Assembly: GCA_024693345.1 (NCBI GenBank)
Contig: JAILLB010000006.1
Coordinates: forward strand, 16,523 to 80,522
Origin: Clostridiales bacterium
Lineage (GTDB): Bacteria > Bacillota > Clostridia > Oscillospirales > CAG-272
Direction of reading: 5' to 3'
DNA: 64,000 nt
The position numbers and the translations under genes were made by a program. The notes beneath the pieces are model-generated. The model ran no database searches, was not told where the DNA came from, and was given only the letters and a program-made list of their open reading frames with translations. The first letter of the stretch is position 1. Every line of letters begins with the position of its first letter. Shown here one piece after another: positions 43,674-53,405 of this stretch.

Positions 43674-45167
43674 CTATTTGTTAATTATATCAACAAATCT
43701 CATGAATGAATGCAGCCCTGATTCATTACATTTGTATACTCCCGCATCTTCCAGTACAGCAACAAATGTATTCCCTATTTCTTTTTTCAGGATATCCCAT
43801 GTGTTTTCTTTTGTGAACGTATATTTGCCTTTAAAACTGTCAAGCCATGCACTGTGCTTTGATAACACACTGTCTTCAGTAATATCTCTTCCGGAGAGAA
43901 TTGCTTCTTCAAGATCAGACATCTCTTTTTTGAGTCTTGATGGCAGTACAGCTAGTCCCATGACTTCAATGAGCCCTATGTTTTCTTTTTTGATGTTGTG
44001 TTTGTCCTGATGCGGATGATAAACACCAAGTGGATACTCATCTGTCGTTATATTGTTTCTCAGAACGAGATCAAGCTGGTATTTTTCACCTTTTCTTCTT
44101 GCAATAGGTGTTATTGTGTTGTGCTTTTCGCCATTGGTTTCTGCAAACACAAATGCTTCTTCGTCTGAATAAACTCTCCAGAATGTAAGTATCTTTTCTG
44201 CCAGATCCAGCATACTTTTTCTGTTATACGAAGTGAGTCTTATTACGGACAAAGGCCACTTGACAATTCCAGCTTCAACATCGTCGTATCCGGCAAAACT
44301 GATGTCCTTGATTATTGGGGCTTTTTCCATTGCAAACACGTATCTTCCGCCCTGCATATGGTCATGGCTGAGAATTGATCCTCCGACTATAGGCAGATCC
44401 GCATTTGAACCTAGGAAATAGTGAGGAAGGATGGAAATAAAGTCCATCATTCTTTCAAACAGATTCCTGTTTATCTGCATCGGTCTGTGTTCTGAACACA
44501 GTACAATACAGTGTTCGTTGTAATACACATAAGGTGAATACTGCAAATACCACTTTTCTCCGTAAAGATCCATCGGTATTATTCTGTGATTCTGTCTTGC
44601 TGGATATCTCAGATTGCCTGCGAATCCTTCACTTTCGGCACATAACAGGCACTTGGGATAACCGCTCTGAGGAGCAGATTTTGCAGCTGCTATAGCCTTC
44701 GGATCCTTTTCCGGTTTTGACAGGTTAATCGTAATGTCTATATCACCGTAATCGGACTCAACAACCCACTTGAGGTCTTTTTTAACTCTGTATGTCCTGA
44801 TATAATCGGTGGATTTTGAAAATTCATAATACCAGTCTGTGGCAATTTCAGGCGAAACATCATGAAGCGCCCAAAATTTTGAAATAACTTCGTGCGGAGG
44901 AGGCGTCAATATCCCCATGACAGATGTGTCAAAGAGATCTGTATATGCCTTTCCATCGCTTTCCACGATGCCTTTCTCTACTGCATACCGGTTTATATCC
45001 GAAAGAATTGTTTCGAGATCATCGCATTCAGAATATTCAATTGGTTCATATGAGTCAATACGCAGCTTTTCCAGCAGCCTGTTGACTGCCCAGATTCTGT
45101 CATCCTCTGTTATAAGGCCATGACATATTGCATAATCTACTAGCTGATTGATTCTCTCAACAATCAT
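43674..45167 (-). CDS. galT: UDP-glucose--hexose-1-phosphate uridylyltransferase (type 2 GalT)
   Basis: 497 aa. Long Gram-positive-type GalT layout (MIVERINQLVDYAICHGLITEDDRIWAVNRLLEKL..., SILSHDHMQGG). Confidence 0.85.
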   Translation of the reverse strand: MIVERINQLVDYAICHGLITEDDRIWAVNRLLEKLRIDSYEPIEYSECDDLETILSDINRYAVEKGIVESDGKAYTDLFDTSVMGILTPPPHEVISKFWALHDVSPEIATDWYYEFSKSTDYIRTYRVKKDLKWVVESDYGDIDITINLSKPEKDPKAIAAAKSAPQSGYPKCLLCAESEGFAGNLRYPARQNHRIIPMDLYGEKWYLQYSPYVYYNEHCIVLCSEHRPMQINRNLFERMMDFISILPHYFLGSNADLPIVGGSILSHDHMQGGRYVFAMEKAPIIKDISFAGYDDVEAGIVKWPLSVIRLTSYNRKSMLDLAEKILTFWRVYSDEEAFVFAETNGEKHNTITPIARRKGEKYQLDLVLRNNITTDEYPLGVYHPHQDKHNIKKENIGLIEVMGLAVLPSRLKKEMSDLEEAILSGRDITEDSVLSKHSAWLDSFKGKYTFTKENTWDILKKEIGNTFVAVLEDAGVYKCNESGLHSFMRFVDIINK

Positions 45168-45171
45168 ATTC

Positions 45172-46305
45172 TTATCTTTTCCCTTCCTGCTTTTTGAAAA
45201 ACTGGTAGTAAATGCACGGAATCATTCCGTTGTACAGTTTTCTCTTTTTATCCGCTTTTCTCTTGAAAAACTTTTCAAAGTTTTCGTTGTTTGTCAGGAC
45301 ATAGAACTGCCAGTTGTCAAGAGTGGCAAAATGCTTGCCCATTTCTGTATAAAGCCTCTCAGCTTCTTTCAGTGAAACAAGGCGCTCTCCGTACGGAGGA
45401 TTGCACACAACAGTTCCCCTTCTGCCTTCAGTCGTTATCTTAAGGGCATCCTGTCTGAAGACTTTTATGACTTTTTCCATTCCTGCGTTCTTGACACACT
45501 GCTTAGCTATATTAACCGCATTTTCGTCTATGTCCGAAGCATATGCTTCAAAAGTCGTTTCAACAACGGCGTTTTTTGCTTCATTGAATGCATCTTCCCA
45601 GACCTTTTTTCCTACAAAGCCGAACTTTTCAGCATCAAAATGCCTGTGCAGTCCAGGCGCAGTGTTCGTCATAATGAGTGCTGCCTCAATTGCAATTGTG
45701 GCTGAGCCGCACATAGGATCCCAGAACAGAACATTCTCCCTGGGTCTTGCAATCTTCACCATCGCTGCAGCCAGTGTCTCTCTTAAAGGCGCGGTGGTTG
45801 ATTCCGGTCTGTAGCCCCTCTTGTGCAGAGAGTCTCCGGAACAGTCAATCATGACGTAGGCGTGGTCTTTGAGAATGAAGAACTCGATTTTATATCTGTC
45901 TCCCGTCTCTTCGAGCCAGTTCTTTTTGTAAACAGAACCTAGTCTAGACGAAATAGCTTTTTTCACTATTTTCTGGCAGTCCGGTATACTGAACAGTTTA
46001 CTCTTTATTGAGTGCCCAGTCACTGGGAAAACTGCATTTTCAGGGAGATACTTTTCCCACTCGGCACGCTTTGTGCACTCAAAGAGAGTATCAAAGTCCT
46101 GAGCATCAAATTCAGTTACGACAATGAAGAGTCTCTCAGCTGTTCTCAGGTTTATGTTAGCCCTGGCAACAGCAGTTTCGTCACCTTCAAAGAATACCCT
46201 GCCGTCTATTGTTTCAATTCTTTTATATCCCAGCCCGTCTATTTCTTCACCCAGAAATCCTTCTAGTCCGAAAAGACAGGTTGCAGCATATTTGTATTGT
46301 GACAT
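45172..46305 (-). CDS. THUMP-domain class I SAM-dependent RNA methyltransferase
   Basis: 377 aa. N-terminal THUMP-like region, DPMCGSATIAIEAA and the NPPYGERL motif. Confidence 0.8.
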   Translation of the reverse strand: MSQYKYAATCLFGLEGFLGEEIDGLGYKRIETIDGRVFFEGDETAVARANINLRTAERLFIVVTEFDAQDFDTLFECTKRAEWEKYLPENAVFPVTGHSIKSKLFSIPDCQKIVKKAISSRLGSVYKKNWLEETGDRYKIEFFILKDHAYVMIDCSGDSLHKRGYRPESTTAPLRETLAAAMVKIARPRENVLFWDPMCGSATIAIEAALIMTNTAPGLHRHFDAEKFGFVGKKVWEDAFNEAKNAVVETTFEAYASDIDENAVNIAKQCVKNAGMEKVIKVFRQDALKITTEGRRGTVVCNPPYGERLVSLKEAERLYTEMGKHFATLDNWQFYVLTNNENFEKFFKRKADKKRKLYNGMIPCIYYQFFKKQEGKR

Positions 46306-46308
46306 ATA

Positions 46309-46683
46309 TCAGATTTCCGCGATTGCTTCTATTTCTACTAAAGCTCCCTTTGGAAGGTCTTTAACTGCGACACATGATCTTGCCGGTTTGGATACGAAAT
46401 ACTTTGCATATACTTCATTGAACTGTGCAAAATCCGAAATATTGTGAAGGAAACATACTGTTTTTACAACTTTGTCAAAAGAAGTTCCTGCAGCCTTCAG
46501 TACTTCGCCTACATTTTTGCAAGCCTGTTCTGTCTGTGCCTGAATATCTGTTGCCACTATCTGTCCGCATGACGGATCTATCGGAATCTGACCCGATGTG
46601 AACACCAGATTGGATGTGACTATTGCCTGTGAATAAGGTCCGATTGCCTCAGGTGCGTTCTTTGTGTAAACTACTTTGCTCAT
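46309..46683 (-). CDS. ridA: RidA (YjgF/YER057c) family reactive-intermediate deaminase
   Basis: Start trimmed to ATG 46683 (MSKVVYTKNAPEAIGPYSQA) behind GGAGGA. Directly downstream of ilvA. Confidence 0.85.
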   Translation of the reverse strand: MSKVVYTKNAPEAIGPYSQAIVTSNLVFTSGQIPIDPSCGQIVATDIQAQTEQACKNVGEVLKAAGTSFDKVVKTVCFLHNISDFAQFNEVYAKYFVSKPARSCVAVKDLPKGALVEIEAIAEI

Positions 46684-46697
46684 GATTTTTTCCTCCA

Positions 46698-47903
46698 TCA
46701 ATCATTGTTGTGAATTACTTTTATATTTAGTTTTTCGAGATTTGCGACTATTTCTTTTCCGTGTTCGTAATCTCTTGTTTCCATTTCAACATTCAGATAA
46801 CAGCTGTATATGTTGTCTGTGTTTGCAGCTCTGTTGTGTCTTATTTCTTTAATATTTGCACCGCTCTTGGAGATTATATCCACCACTCTTTCGAGCTGTC
46901 CCGGTTTATCCATGAGTTCAATTGTCAGGGACGTGATTCTTCCCGCGTTCATCAGACCTCTCTTGAGTACGCTTGAAAGATTTGTGACATCAATGTTTCC
47001 TCCGGATATGATGCTCAGAACTTTCTTGCCCTGTATCGGGAGTTTTCCGAACATTGCTGCAGCAACGGACACTGCTCCGGCTCCTTCTGCTATCATCTTC
47101 TGTCTTTCGACAAGAGCAAGTATTGCAGAACAGATTTCTTTTTCCGAAATTGTGACAATGTCATCAACATATTCATTAACGAGTCTGAATGTGTTCTCAC
47201 CCGGAGTCTTAACTGCGATTCCGTCAGCAATCGTATTAACACTGCTGAGTGTTTCAATCTTTCCGTCTCTGACTGAATTCAGCATGCTCGGAGCAGATTC
47301 TGCCTGAACACCGTAAACCTTAATCTTCGGATTGACATTCTTTACAGCATAAGCAACACCCGAAATGAGTCCGCCGCCTCCGATAGGCACTATGACTGCT
47401 TCAATGTCCGGCAATTCATCTAGAGCCTCCATGGCAATTGTAGCCTGGCCCGCAATTACATCTTCATCGTCGAAAGGATGAACAAATGTATATCCGAATT
47501 CATCTCTCAGTTCCAGAGCTTTCTTGTATGCGTCATCATATACGCCCGGAACAAGACATACTTCAGCTCCGTAGCTCTTTGTTGCCTCAATTTTTGAAAT
47601 AGGGGCACCTGCAGGGAGACAGATTATTGACTTAATGTTGTTCTTCATCGCTGCAAGAGCAACGCCCTGTGCATGGTTGCCTGCTGAACATGCAATAACG
47701 CCTTTTTCCCTCTCTTTTTCAGAAAGTTTGGCTATCTTGTATGCAGCTCCTCTAACCTTGAAAGATCCTGTTTTCTGAAGGTTTTCAGGTTTGAAGAACA
47801 AAAGGCAGTCATTTGTGAATCTGTGAGCCTTCTGAATGTCCGTATGTCTAACGACGCCCTCAAGAACTCTTCTGGCATCATTGACTTTGTCCATTGTTAA
47901 CAT
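46698..47903 (-). CDS. ilvA: Threonine ammonia-lyase (threonine dehydratase) with C-terminal ACT-like domain
   Basis: 401 aa. PLP lysine context GSFKVRGA, glycine loop IGGGGLISG. RBS GGAGG. Confidence 0.9.
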   Translation of the reverse strand: MLTMDKVNDARRVLEGVVRHTDIQKAHRFTNDCLLFFKPENLQKTGSFKVRGAAYKIAKLSEKEREKGVIACSAGNHAQGVALAAMKNNIKSIICLPAGAPISKIEATKSYGAEVCLVPGVYDDAYKKALELRDEFGYTFVHPFDDEDVIAGQATIAMEALDELPDIEAVIVPIGGGGLISGVAYAVKNVNPKIKVYGVQAESAPSMLNSVRDGKIETLSSVNTIADGIAVKTPGENTFRLVNEYVDDIVTISEKEICSAILALVERQKMIAEGAGAVSVAAAMFGKLPIQGKKVLSIISGGNIDVTNLSSVLKRGLMNAGRITSLTIELMDKPGQLERVVDIISKSGANIKEIRHNRAANTDNIYSCYLNVEMETRDYEHGKEIVANLEKLNIKVIHNND

Positions 47904-47931
47904 TTTTATGCCTCCGTGACAAATTGTCTTC

Positions 47932-48957
47932 TTAATTGTTTTCCACCGGTAAAAACGACTCTTTTTCGTCGAACTTGTACAGTCTTATGTTGCTTGCAAA
48001 TGTTTTGTCTTCATTTCTGTAATCGTGGGAGAAATAGTAAAGTCCGTCACCGAAAGAATACATTCCGGTGGTACCTCTGTTGAAACTGATTCCCTCATTG
48101 AAAAGGGTCAGTACTTTTCCGGTCTCACCATATGTTACTTTTTCGCTTCTCGGCTTAACTTTTCCGTCTATGATAAAGAACGGGTAATTTTTGAATTGTT
48201 CTTTGTGTCCTCTGTAAACAGCGACAAGCCAGTTTCCCGTATACTCATCATACTCGAGATTCTGTATTCCCCAGTCGGTATTTCCCGTGTAGAGGAAATA
48301 TATTTCTTCGGGTTCAATTCCCGAGTGGTGAGGCGTCAGCTGAGAAGGTGTCAGCGAACTTTCATTCAAAGATTTCAGGTCATACTGCATTATGATGTTG
48401 AAGTCATTGTCTTCTCTGTTGTTGTCACCATATATGCCGCATGCAACCATGAGCTTCTTCGTTCCATTTGCATCCCCGAAAACGGGGCCGACTCCGGTTC
48501 CGTCGATCCCGCTGACTGCATATTTATGCGGTGTGCCATCGGGCAGAACGGCGTCATACCACTCTACTACCTTAGGCAGATAAGTTGTCTTTACAACTTC
48601 ATCTTTTTCAGCATCCATATCCGGTCCTGTGATTTTATCCACGTCGATTATGGCTATATAGAACGCATTCTCGGACGCCAGTTTGACACCGGTATTCTTC
48701 TCAATGCTCGTTCCTATTGAATCGTGCTTGAGTTCGAGAGATGCATATACTTTTCCGTCATCATCGTTAAAGTCGATGCAGCCGAGATGCCCTATGAATC
48801 CTTTAACCCATCCTATTACTGTTCCGTCAAATTTAGCTTTGACGAGAACCGTTGTAAAACAATAGTATATGAGCTCATTCTTTTTGTCTACGGCAATTCC
48901 CTGAATATGTCCTTCAGACCAGTTGCCTGTGTTAATTGTGGTTGGAATCTTAGCCAT
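47932..48957 (-). CDS. Hypothetical cytoplasmic protein (no family recognised)
   Basis: 341-aa ORF with RBS ACGGAGA, 16 nt downstream of the ABC exporter pair. Beta-rich composition (GHIQGIAVD, GHLGCIDF, GIDGTGVGPVFGD). No signal peptide or TM segment. Confidence 0.6.
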   Translation of the reverse strand: MAKIPTTINTGNWSEGHIQGIAVDKKNELIYYCFTTVLVKAKFDGTVIGWVKGFIGHLGCIDFNDDDGKVYASLELKHDSIGTSIEKNTGVKLASENAFYIAIIDVDKITGPDMDAEKDEVVKTTYLPKVVEWYDAVLPDGTPHKYAVSGIDGTGVGPVFGDANGTKKLMVACGIYGDNNREDNDFNIIMQYDLKSLNESSLTPSQLTPHHSGIEPEEIYFLYTGNTDWGIQNLEYDEYTGNWLVAVYRGHKEQFKNYPFFIIDGKVKPRSEKVTYGETGKVLTLFNEGISFNRGTTGMYSFGDGLYYFSHDYRNEDKTFASNIRLYKFDEKESFLPVENN

Positions 48958-48973
48958 GATTATGTCTCCGTTA

Positions 48974-50794
48974 TTAACCGAGAGTTGTCTTTACAGCATC
49001 CTCGTCATACTGGCGCATGTAGAGGTCGTAGTACTGTCCTCTCTTTTTCATAAGTTCCCTGTGAGTTCCCTGTTCAACAATCTTTCCGTTAGAAACAACC
49101 AGGATCATATCTGCATTGACTACAGTTGACAGTCTGTGAGCAATCATGATTGTTGTCCTGTCCTTAATCAGGCTGGTTATGGCCGCCTGAATCTTCTGCT
49201 CAGTCAATGTGTCAACTGAAGCTGTCGCCTCATCCAGAATAAGGATTCTCGGGTTGGCAATTATTGCACGGGCAAAGGATATGAGCTGCTTTTCGCCTGT
49301 TGACAAAAAGTCTCCGCCTTCTCCGACATCGGTGTACAGACCTTTTTCCGCCTTTTCAACTATTCCTTCAGCGGAAACACTTCTCAGCGCCTCCATTACT
49401 TCTTCTTCCGTTGCATCAAGTTTTCCGAACCTGATGTTGTCTATTATGCTTCCGGAGAAAAGGTGAGGCGTCTGAAGAACAAATCCCATATTTGAGTGCA
49501 GCCACTGCTGAGATCTTTTTCTTACATCTGTTCCGTCTATCAAAACCTGTCCTTCTGTAGGCTCGTAGAATCTGCACACAAGATTTGCAAGTGTTGATTT
49601 ACCTGCGCCTGTCTCACCGACAATGGCAAGTGTTGTTCCCTGTGGAATCTTGAGGTTAAAGTGGTCAAGTACGGTTTCTTTTCCGTCAGGATAAACAAAT
49701 GAAACGTCCTTAAACTCTATGTCGCCTTTAAGAGGTTCCCAGTTTTCCTTCTTGGGCTCAAATGTATCTCCGTATATCTTTATGACCTCTTCTGTGTCAT
49801 TGACATCTGAAGATATGCTCAGAAGCCTTGTAACTCTCTCTATATTTACCTGGGTCATAATGAAGCCTGAGACAGAGTCTACAAGCCATCTAATAGGCTC
49901 AACAATTCCGAGTGAATATGACATGAACACTGAATATGTACCCAGTTCCATGACACCTTCAGTTGTGAGTATGCCTCCTCGCCACAGCACTACTGCAAGT
50001 GCAAATGAAGAAGCAAACACTATTGTGGAGGCAAACAAACCTCTCACTTTTGAGTGATTGATTGAAGTTCTTCTCATGTTCTGAGTTTCAGAGTTGAACT
50101 TGTTTATCATCTTGTCTTCAACTACGAGTGCCTTTATTGTTTTTGCACCTGTGATTCCCTCGTTGAAATTGCCTGTGATCTTGGAGTTGATCTCACGTAT
50201 CTTTCTGTGGTAGAATACCAGTTTTTTCTGGAATATTGAGAACATGAGCAAAACTACCGGTATTACTGTTATTACAAGCAGTGTAAGCATTGCGTTTGTT
50301 GTAAACATGACAACGATTGTCCCTATGACGTACGACATGTTCCATACAACACCCATCAATTCCCAAGACACAACTTCACCGATTCTTATGTTGTCGCTCA
50401 TAACCCTGGAGTGGATGTATCCGACTCCATTCTGGTTGTAGTAGGTAAATGACAGAGTCTGAAGGTGATCAAAGCATGCATTTCTCAGGTCTCTTGCAAT
50501 GGATATTTCAAGGTTGGCCGAGAACAGACATGACAAATAGTTTGTCGTGCACTCAAGAATAACCGTCGTGACATATAAAACCACAAAAGTAACTATGGTC
50601 TTTTCGAATACGCCGTCAGTTATGTGGTTTATGGCATATCTCTGGAACTGCGGGAGCAGAACGTCCAGAAGTGATACTGATATTCCGAACAGCACCATAA
50701 GAGCCATTTTCTTTTTGTACGGCTTAATAAACGGGGCAAGTTTCGGTATACCGAAGAAAGGAAGCGACTTGGACTTCAAATCAGCATTATCCAT
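48974..50794 (-). CDS. ABC exporter, fused permease/ATPase subunit (heterodimer partner)
   Basis: Walker A GETGAGKST, signature LSTGEKQL, Walker B ILILDE. ATG 50794 overlaps the upstream TGA by 1 nt. Confidence 0.9.
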   Translation of the reverse strand: MDNADLKSKSLPFFGIPKLAPFIKPYKKKMALMVLFGISVSLLDVLLPQFQRYAINHITDGVFEKTIVTFVVLYVTTVILECTTNYLSCLFSANLEISIARDLRNACFDHLQTLSFTYYNQNGVGYIHSRVMSDNIRIGEVVSWELMGVVWNMSYVIGTIVVMFTTNAMLTLLVITVIPVVLLMFSIFQKKLVFYHRKIREINSKITGNFNEGITGAKTIKALVVEDKMINKFNSETQNMRRTSINHSKVRGLFASTIVFASSFALAVVLWRGGILTTEGVMELGTYSVFMSYSLGIVEPIRWLVDSVSGFIMTQVNIERVTRLLSISSDVNDTEEVIKIYGDTFEPKKENWEPLKGDIEFKDVSFVYPDGKETVLDHFNLKIPQGTTLAIVGETGAGKSTLANLVCRFYEPTEGQVLIDGTDVRKRSQQWLHSNMGFVLQTPHLFSGSIIDNIRFGKLDATEEEVMEALRSVSAEGIVEKAEKGLYTDVGEGGDFLSTGEKQLISFARAIIANPRILILDEATASVDTLTEQKIQAAITSLIKDRTTIMIAHRLSTVVNADMILVVSNGKIVEQGTHRELMKKRGQYYDLYMRQYDEDAVKTTLG

Positions 50795-52623
50795 CAATCC
50801 ACCTCCGATCCGCTCTTCTGAATCTTGTAAATGGTGTTGTACAGACCGTCTTTTTCTACAAGTTCATCATGAGTTCCCTGTTCCACGATTTTTCCTTTAT
50901 CGAGAACAATTATATTGTCTGCATTCATCAATGTGGTTATTCTGTGTGAGACAAGAATAACTGTCGCATTGGAAAAATGCACTGCGAGTTCTTTTCTTAT
51001 TTTGGCGTCGGTCTGAGTGTCAACAGCTGACAATGCGTCATCAAACACGATTACCTGAGTTCCTGCAAGAACCGCTCTTGCTATGGCTACTCTCTGTTTC
51101 TGTCCGCCTGAAAGTGTAACACCTCTTTCTCCGACGAATGTTTCGTATTTATCCTTGAACTGTTCAATTGTTTCTTCAAGGCTGGCTATTCTTGCGGCAT
51201 TCTTTATGTCGTCTTCCGAAGGATTATCTGAAGAGATTGAAATGTTTCCGCCAAGCGTACTTGAGAACAGATACGGCTCCTGCATTACAATGCCAATATT
51301 CTTTCTCAGCCATGAAGCTTTGACGTCACAGATATCCGTGCCGCCGTTTATTGTTATGTTGCCGCATCCCGGTGCTAAGTCATACAGTCTTCCAAGAAGG
51401 GATATGATGGTCGTTTTTCCGGAACCTGTTCCTCCAAGTATTCCTATTGTCTGTCCTTCTTTAATTGTGAAGCTCATATCGTCAAGGACGGTTCTCTCGT
51501 CATATCCGTAGGAAACGTGATTGAAACAGATGTCTCCTATCTTGTCGAGCTCAACTGCATTGGGTTTATCCTTTTCCTCTTCAGCTGACATTATCTCCTG
51601 AATTCTGTCAAGAGAAACATCTGCTTTGCTGAGTTCAGCAAGCATTCTGCCGAGCTGTCTTATGGGCCCGATAAGCATAACGTTATATGAGATGAAGGCA
51701 ATGAGGTTACCAGAGGAAATGTTACCTCTTATGCAAAGAAGAGTTCCCACGGTCACTACAACAACGTTCTGCAGATATCCGATTCCGTCTGTCGATGACC
51801 AAAAGAATGTGAACAGTTTGTTCAGCTTCATCCACATACCCGCAAATTTGTTATTGAAAGTAATGAATTTGTCTCTTTCTTCTCTTTCTCTTCCGAATGC
51901 ACGGACAACTCTGACGCCAGTCAGATTCTCCTGAATCATGGTGGAAAGTTCACTCTCAGCTTCATCAGCTTCTCTGAATCTCTTGCCTACTTTGCTTCTG
52001 AACGCGATACAGTAAATAAGGATCAGAGGAATGAATGAAGTGGATATTATGGCGAGAGTCAGATTCATAGAATACATATAGTAAATGGACAAAACGAGCA
52101 TGACAATAATCCTGAACAGTGAAATGAGCTGTTCAGTTATGAAGTTTCTGATATTGTCCGCATCGGATGTACATCTCTGAATAATGTCTCCCGTTCTGTT
52201 CTTCATGTGCCATGAATACGGAAGTCTCTGAATATGTGAGAAAATCCTGTCTCTCATATTCTTCATCAGGGTTTCAGACGCATTTGTAATGAAATATCTG
52301 TTTGCAAAATAGGATATTGCTGAAATGAATGCCACAGATATAACCATTACGGCCGTGAATATCATGTTAGCCTTCAGGTTCTGATATCCACCGAAGAGTT
52401 GTATTATCTTTTCTACAACCATCGGAACATTTTCTGCTCCGTCACCGATTACGCCGTCGACAACAGCACTTACTATCTGAGGGTTCAACGTATCCATAAA
52501 TGAAATGAGGAATGTGAATACTATACCTGCAGCAAATAGCGAATAGGAACCCTTGAGGAAGTTCCCCAGCATTATTGTCTTGGCTTTTCTGCCGGCCTTC
52601 TTGACCGGCTTTTCTTTGGCCAT
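50794..52623 (-). CDS. ABC exporter, fused permease/ATPase subunit (heterodimer partner)
   Basis: 609 aa. Walker A GGTGSGKTT, signature LSGGQKQR, Walker B VIVFDD. Confidence 0.9.
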   Translation of the reverse strand: MAKEKPVKKAGRKAKTIMLGNFLKGSYSLFAAGIVFTFLISFMDTLNPQIVSAVVDGVIGDGAENVPMVVEKIIQLFGGYQNLKANMIFTAVMVISVAFISAISYFANRYFITNASETLMKNMRDRIFSHIQRLPYSWHMKNRTGDIIQRCTSDADNIRNFITEQLISLFRIIVMLVLSIYYMYSMNLTLAIISTSFIPLILIYCIAFRSKVGKRFREADEAESELSTMIQENLTGVRVVRAFGREREERDKFITFNNKFAGMWMKLNKLFTFFWSSTDGIGYLQNVVVVTVGTLLCIRGNISSGNLIAFISYNVMLIGPIRQLGRMLAELSKADVSLDRIQEIMSAEEEKDKPNAVELDKIGDICFNHVSYGYDERTVLDDMSFTIKEGQTIGILGGTGSGKTTIISLLGRLYDLAPGCGNITINGGTDICDVKASWLRKNIGIVMQEPYLFSSTLGGNISISSDNPSEDDIKNAARIASLEETIEQFKDKYETFVGERGVTLSGGQKQRVAIARAVLAGTQVIVFDDALSAVDTQTDAKIRKELAVHFSNATVILVSHRITTLMNADNIIVLDKGKIVEQGTHDELVEKDGLYNTIYKIQKSGSEVD

Positions 52624-52670
52624 GTTTTTCTCCTATCTGAGTGGGAACAATAATTATTTAAAACAAGATA

Positions 52671-52699
52671 ATTATATACATACGCACGCACGAATTCAA
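52671..52699 (-). promoter_or_regulatory. Sigma-70-type promoter for ABC exporter operon
   Basis: Minus strand TTGAAT (52699-52694), 17 nt spacer, TATAAT (52676-52671). Confidence 0.65.
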
Positions 52700-52773
52700 C
52701 ATACAATACAAGGCAAATTGTCGTTTTTTTCACCTGCTCTTCTCTGTATTAAATCCAATCGACAATCAAAATC

Positions 52774-52850
52774 AATTTTATCAAATAAAATTTTATCAAA
52801 CCTATTGACTTTCGAAATTCGATTTGATAAAATCTAATTGCAACAAATTA
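52774..52850. promoter_or_regulatory. Repeated 12-nt motif (2 direct + 1 inverted copy) and imperfect AT-rich inverted repeat around the gpx operon promoter; candidate MarR/OhrR operators
   Basis: AATTTTATCAAA at 52774-52785 and 52789-52800 (15-bp period). Inverted copy TTTGATAAAATc at 52823-52834 overlaps the -10. TAATTG-caa-CAAATTA at 52835-52850. Confidence 0.45.
52805..52833 (+). promoter_or_regulatory. Sigma-70-type promoter for gpx-trxR-like-trx-ohrR operon
   Basis: TTGACT (52805-52810), 17 nt spacer, TAAAAT (52828-52833). Confidence 0.65.
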
Positions 52851-52873
52851 AATGAACACAGGAGGAAAAAAAT

Positions 52874-53404
52874 ATGTCATTTTATGATTACTCAGTTATT
52901 TCAGCCAAGGGCGAAGAAATACCGCTCAAAAACTATGAAGGAAAAGTTGTTATTGTTGTAAATACAGCAACTGGATGCGGCTTTACTCCCCACTACAAAC
53001 CTCTTGAAGAAATGTATGAAAAATACCACAACAGAGGTCTTGAAATCATAGATATTCCCTGCAATCAGTTCGGAAACCAGACTCCCGGCTCTGATGAGGA
53101 AATCCATGAGTTCTGCACGCTCAAGTACAACACACAGTTCCCTCAGATGAAAAAATCTGATGTCAACGGAGAAAATGCCCTTCCCGTATACGGATTTCTC
53201 AAGAATGAAATCGGTTTCAATGGATTCGGAAAAGGTGTAAAGGCACTTGCAATGAATGCCTTTGTCAAAGATAAAGAAAGCCCGGATATCAAGTGGAACT
53301 TCACCAAATTCGTCATTGACCGCAACGGCAAAGTTGTTGCAAGATTTGAGCCTACTCACGACATGAAAGATCTTGAACATCTGGTCGTAAGACTTCTAGG
53401 CTGA
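52874..53404 (+). CDS. Glutathione peroxidase-family thiol peroxidase
   Basis: 176 aa. VNTATGCGFTP (peroxidatic Cys), PCNQFGNQ, KWNFTKFVIDRNG. Confidence 0.9.
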   Translation: MSFYDYSVISAKGEEIPLKNYEGKVVIVVNTATGCGFTPHYKPLEEMYEKYHNRGLEIIDIPCNQFGNQTPGSDEEIHEFCTLKYNTQFPQMKKSDVNGENALPVYGFLKNEIGFNGFGKGVKALAMNAFVKDKESPDIKWNFTKFVIDRNGKVVARFEPTHDMKDLEHLVVRLLG

Positions 53405-53405
53405 T

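Noticed and set aside
48025-48720. 231-aa plus-strand ORF opposite the 341-aa hypothetical gene
   Set aside because: No RBS and an erratic composition. It is shorter than the minus-strand ORF, which has an RBS and fits operon spacing. The call still rests on context only.
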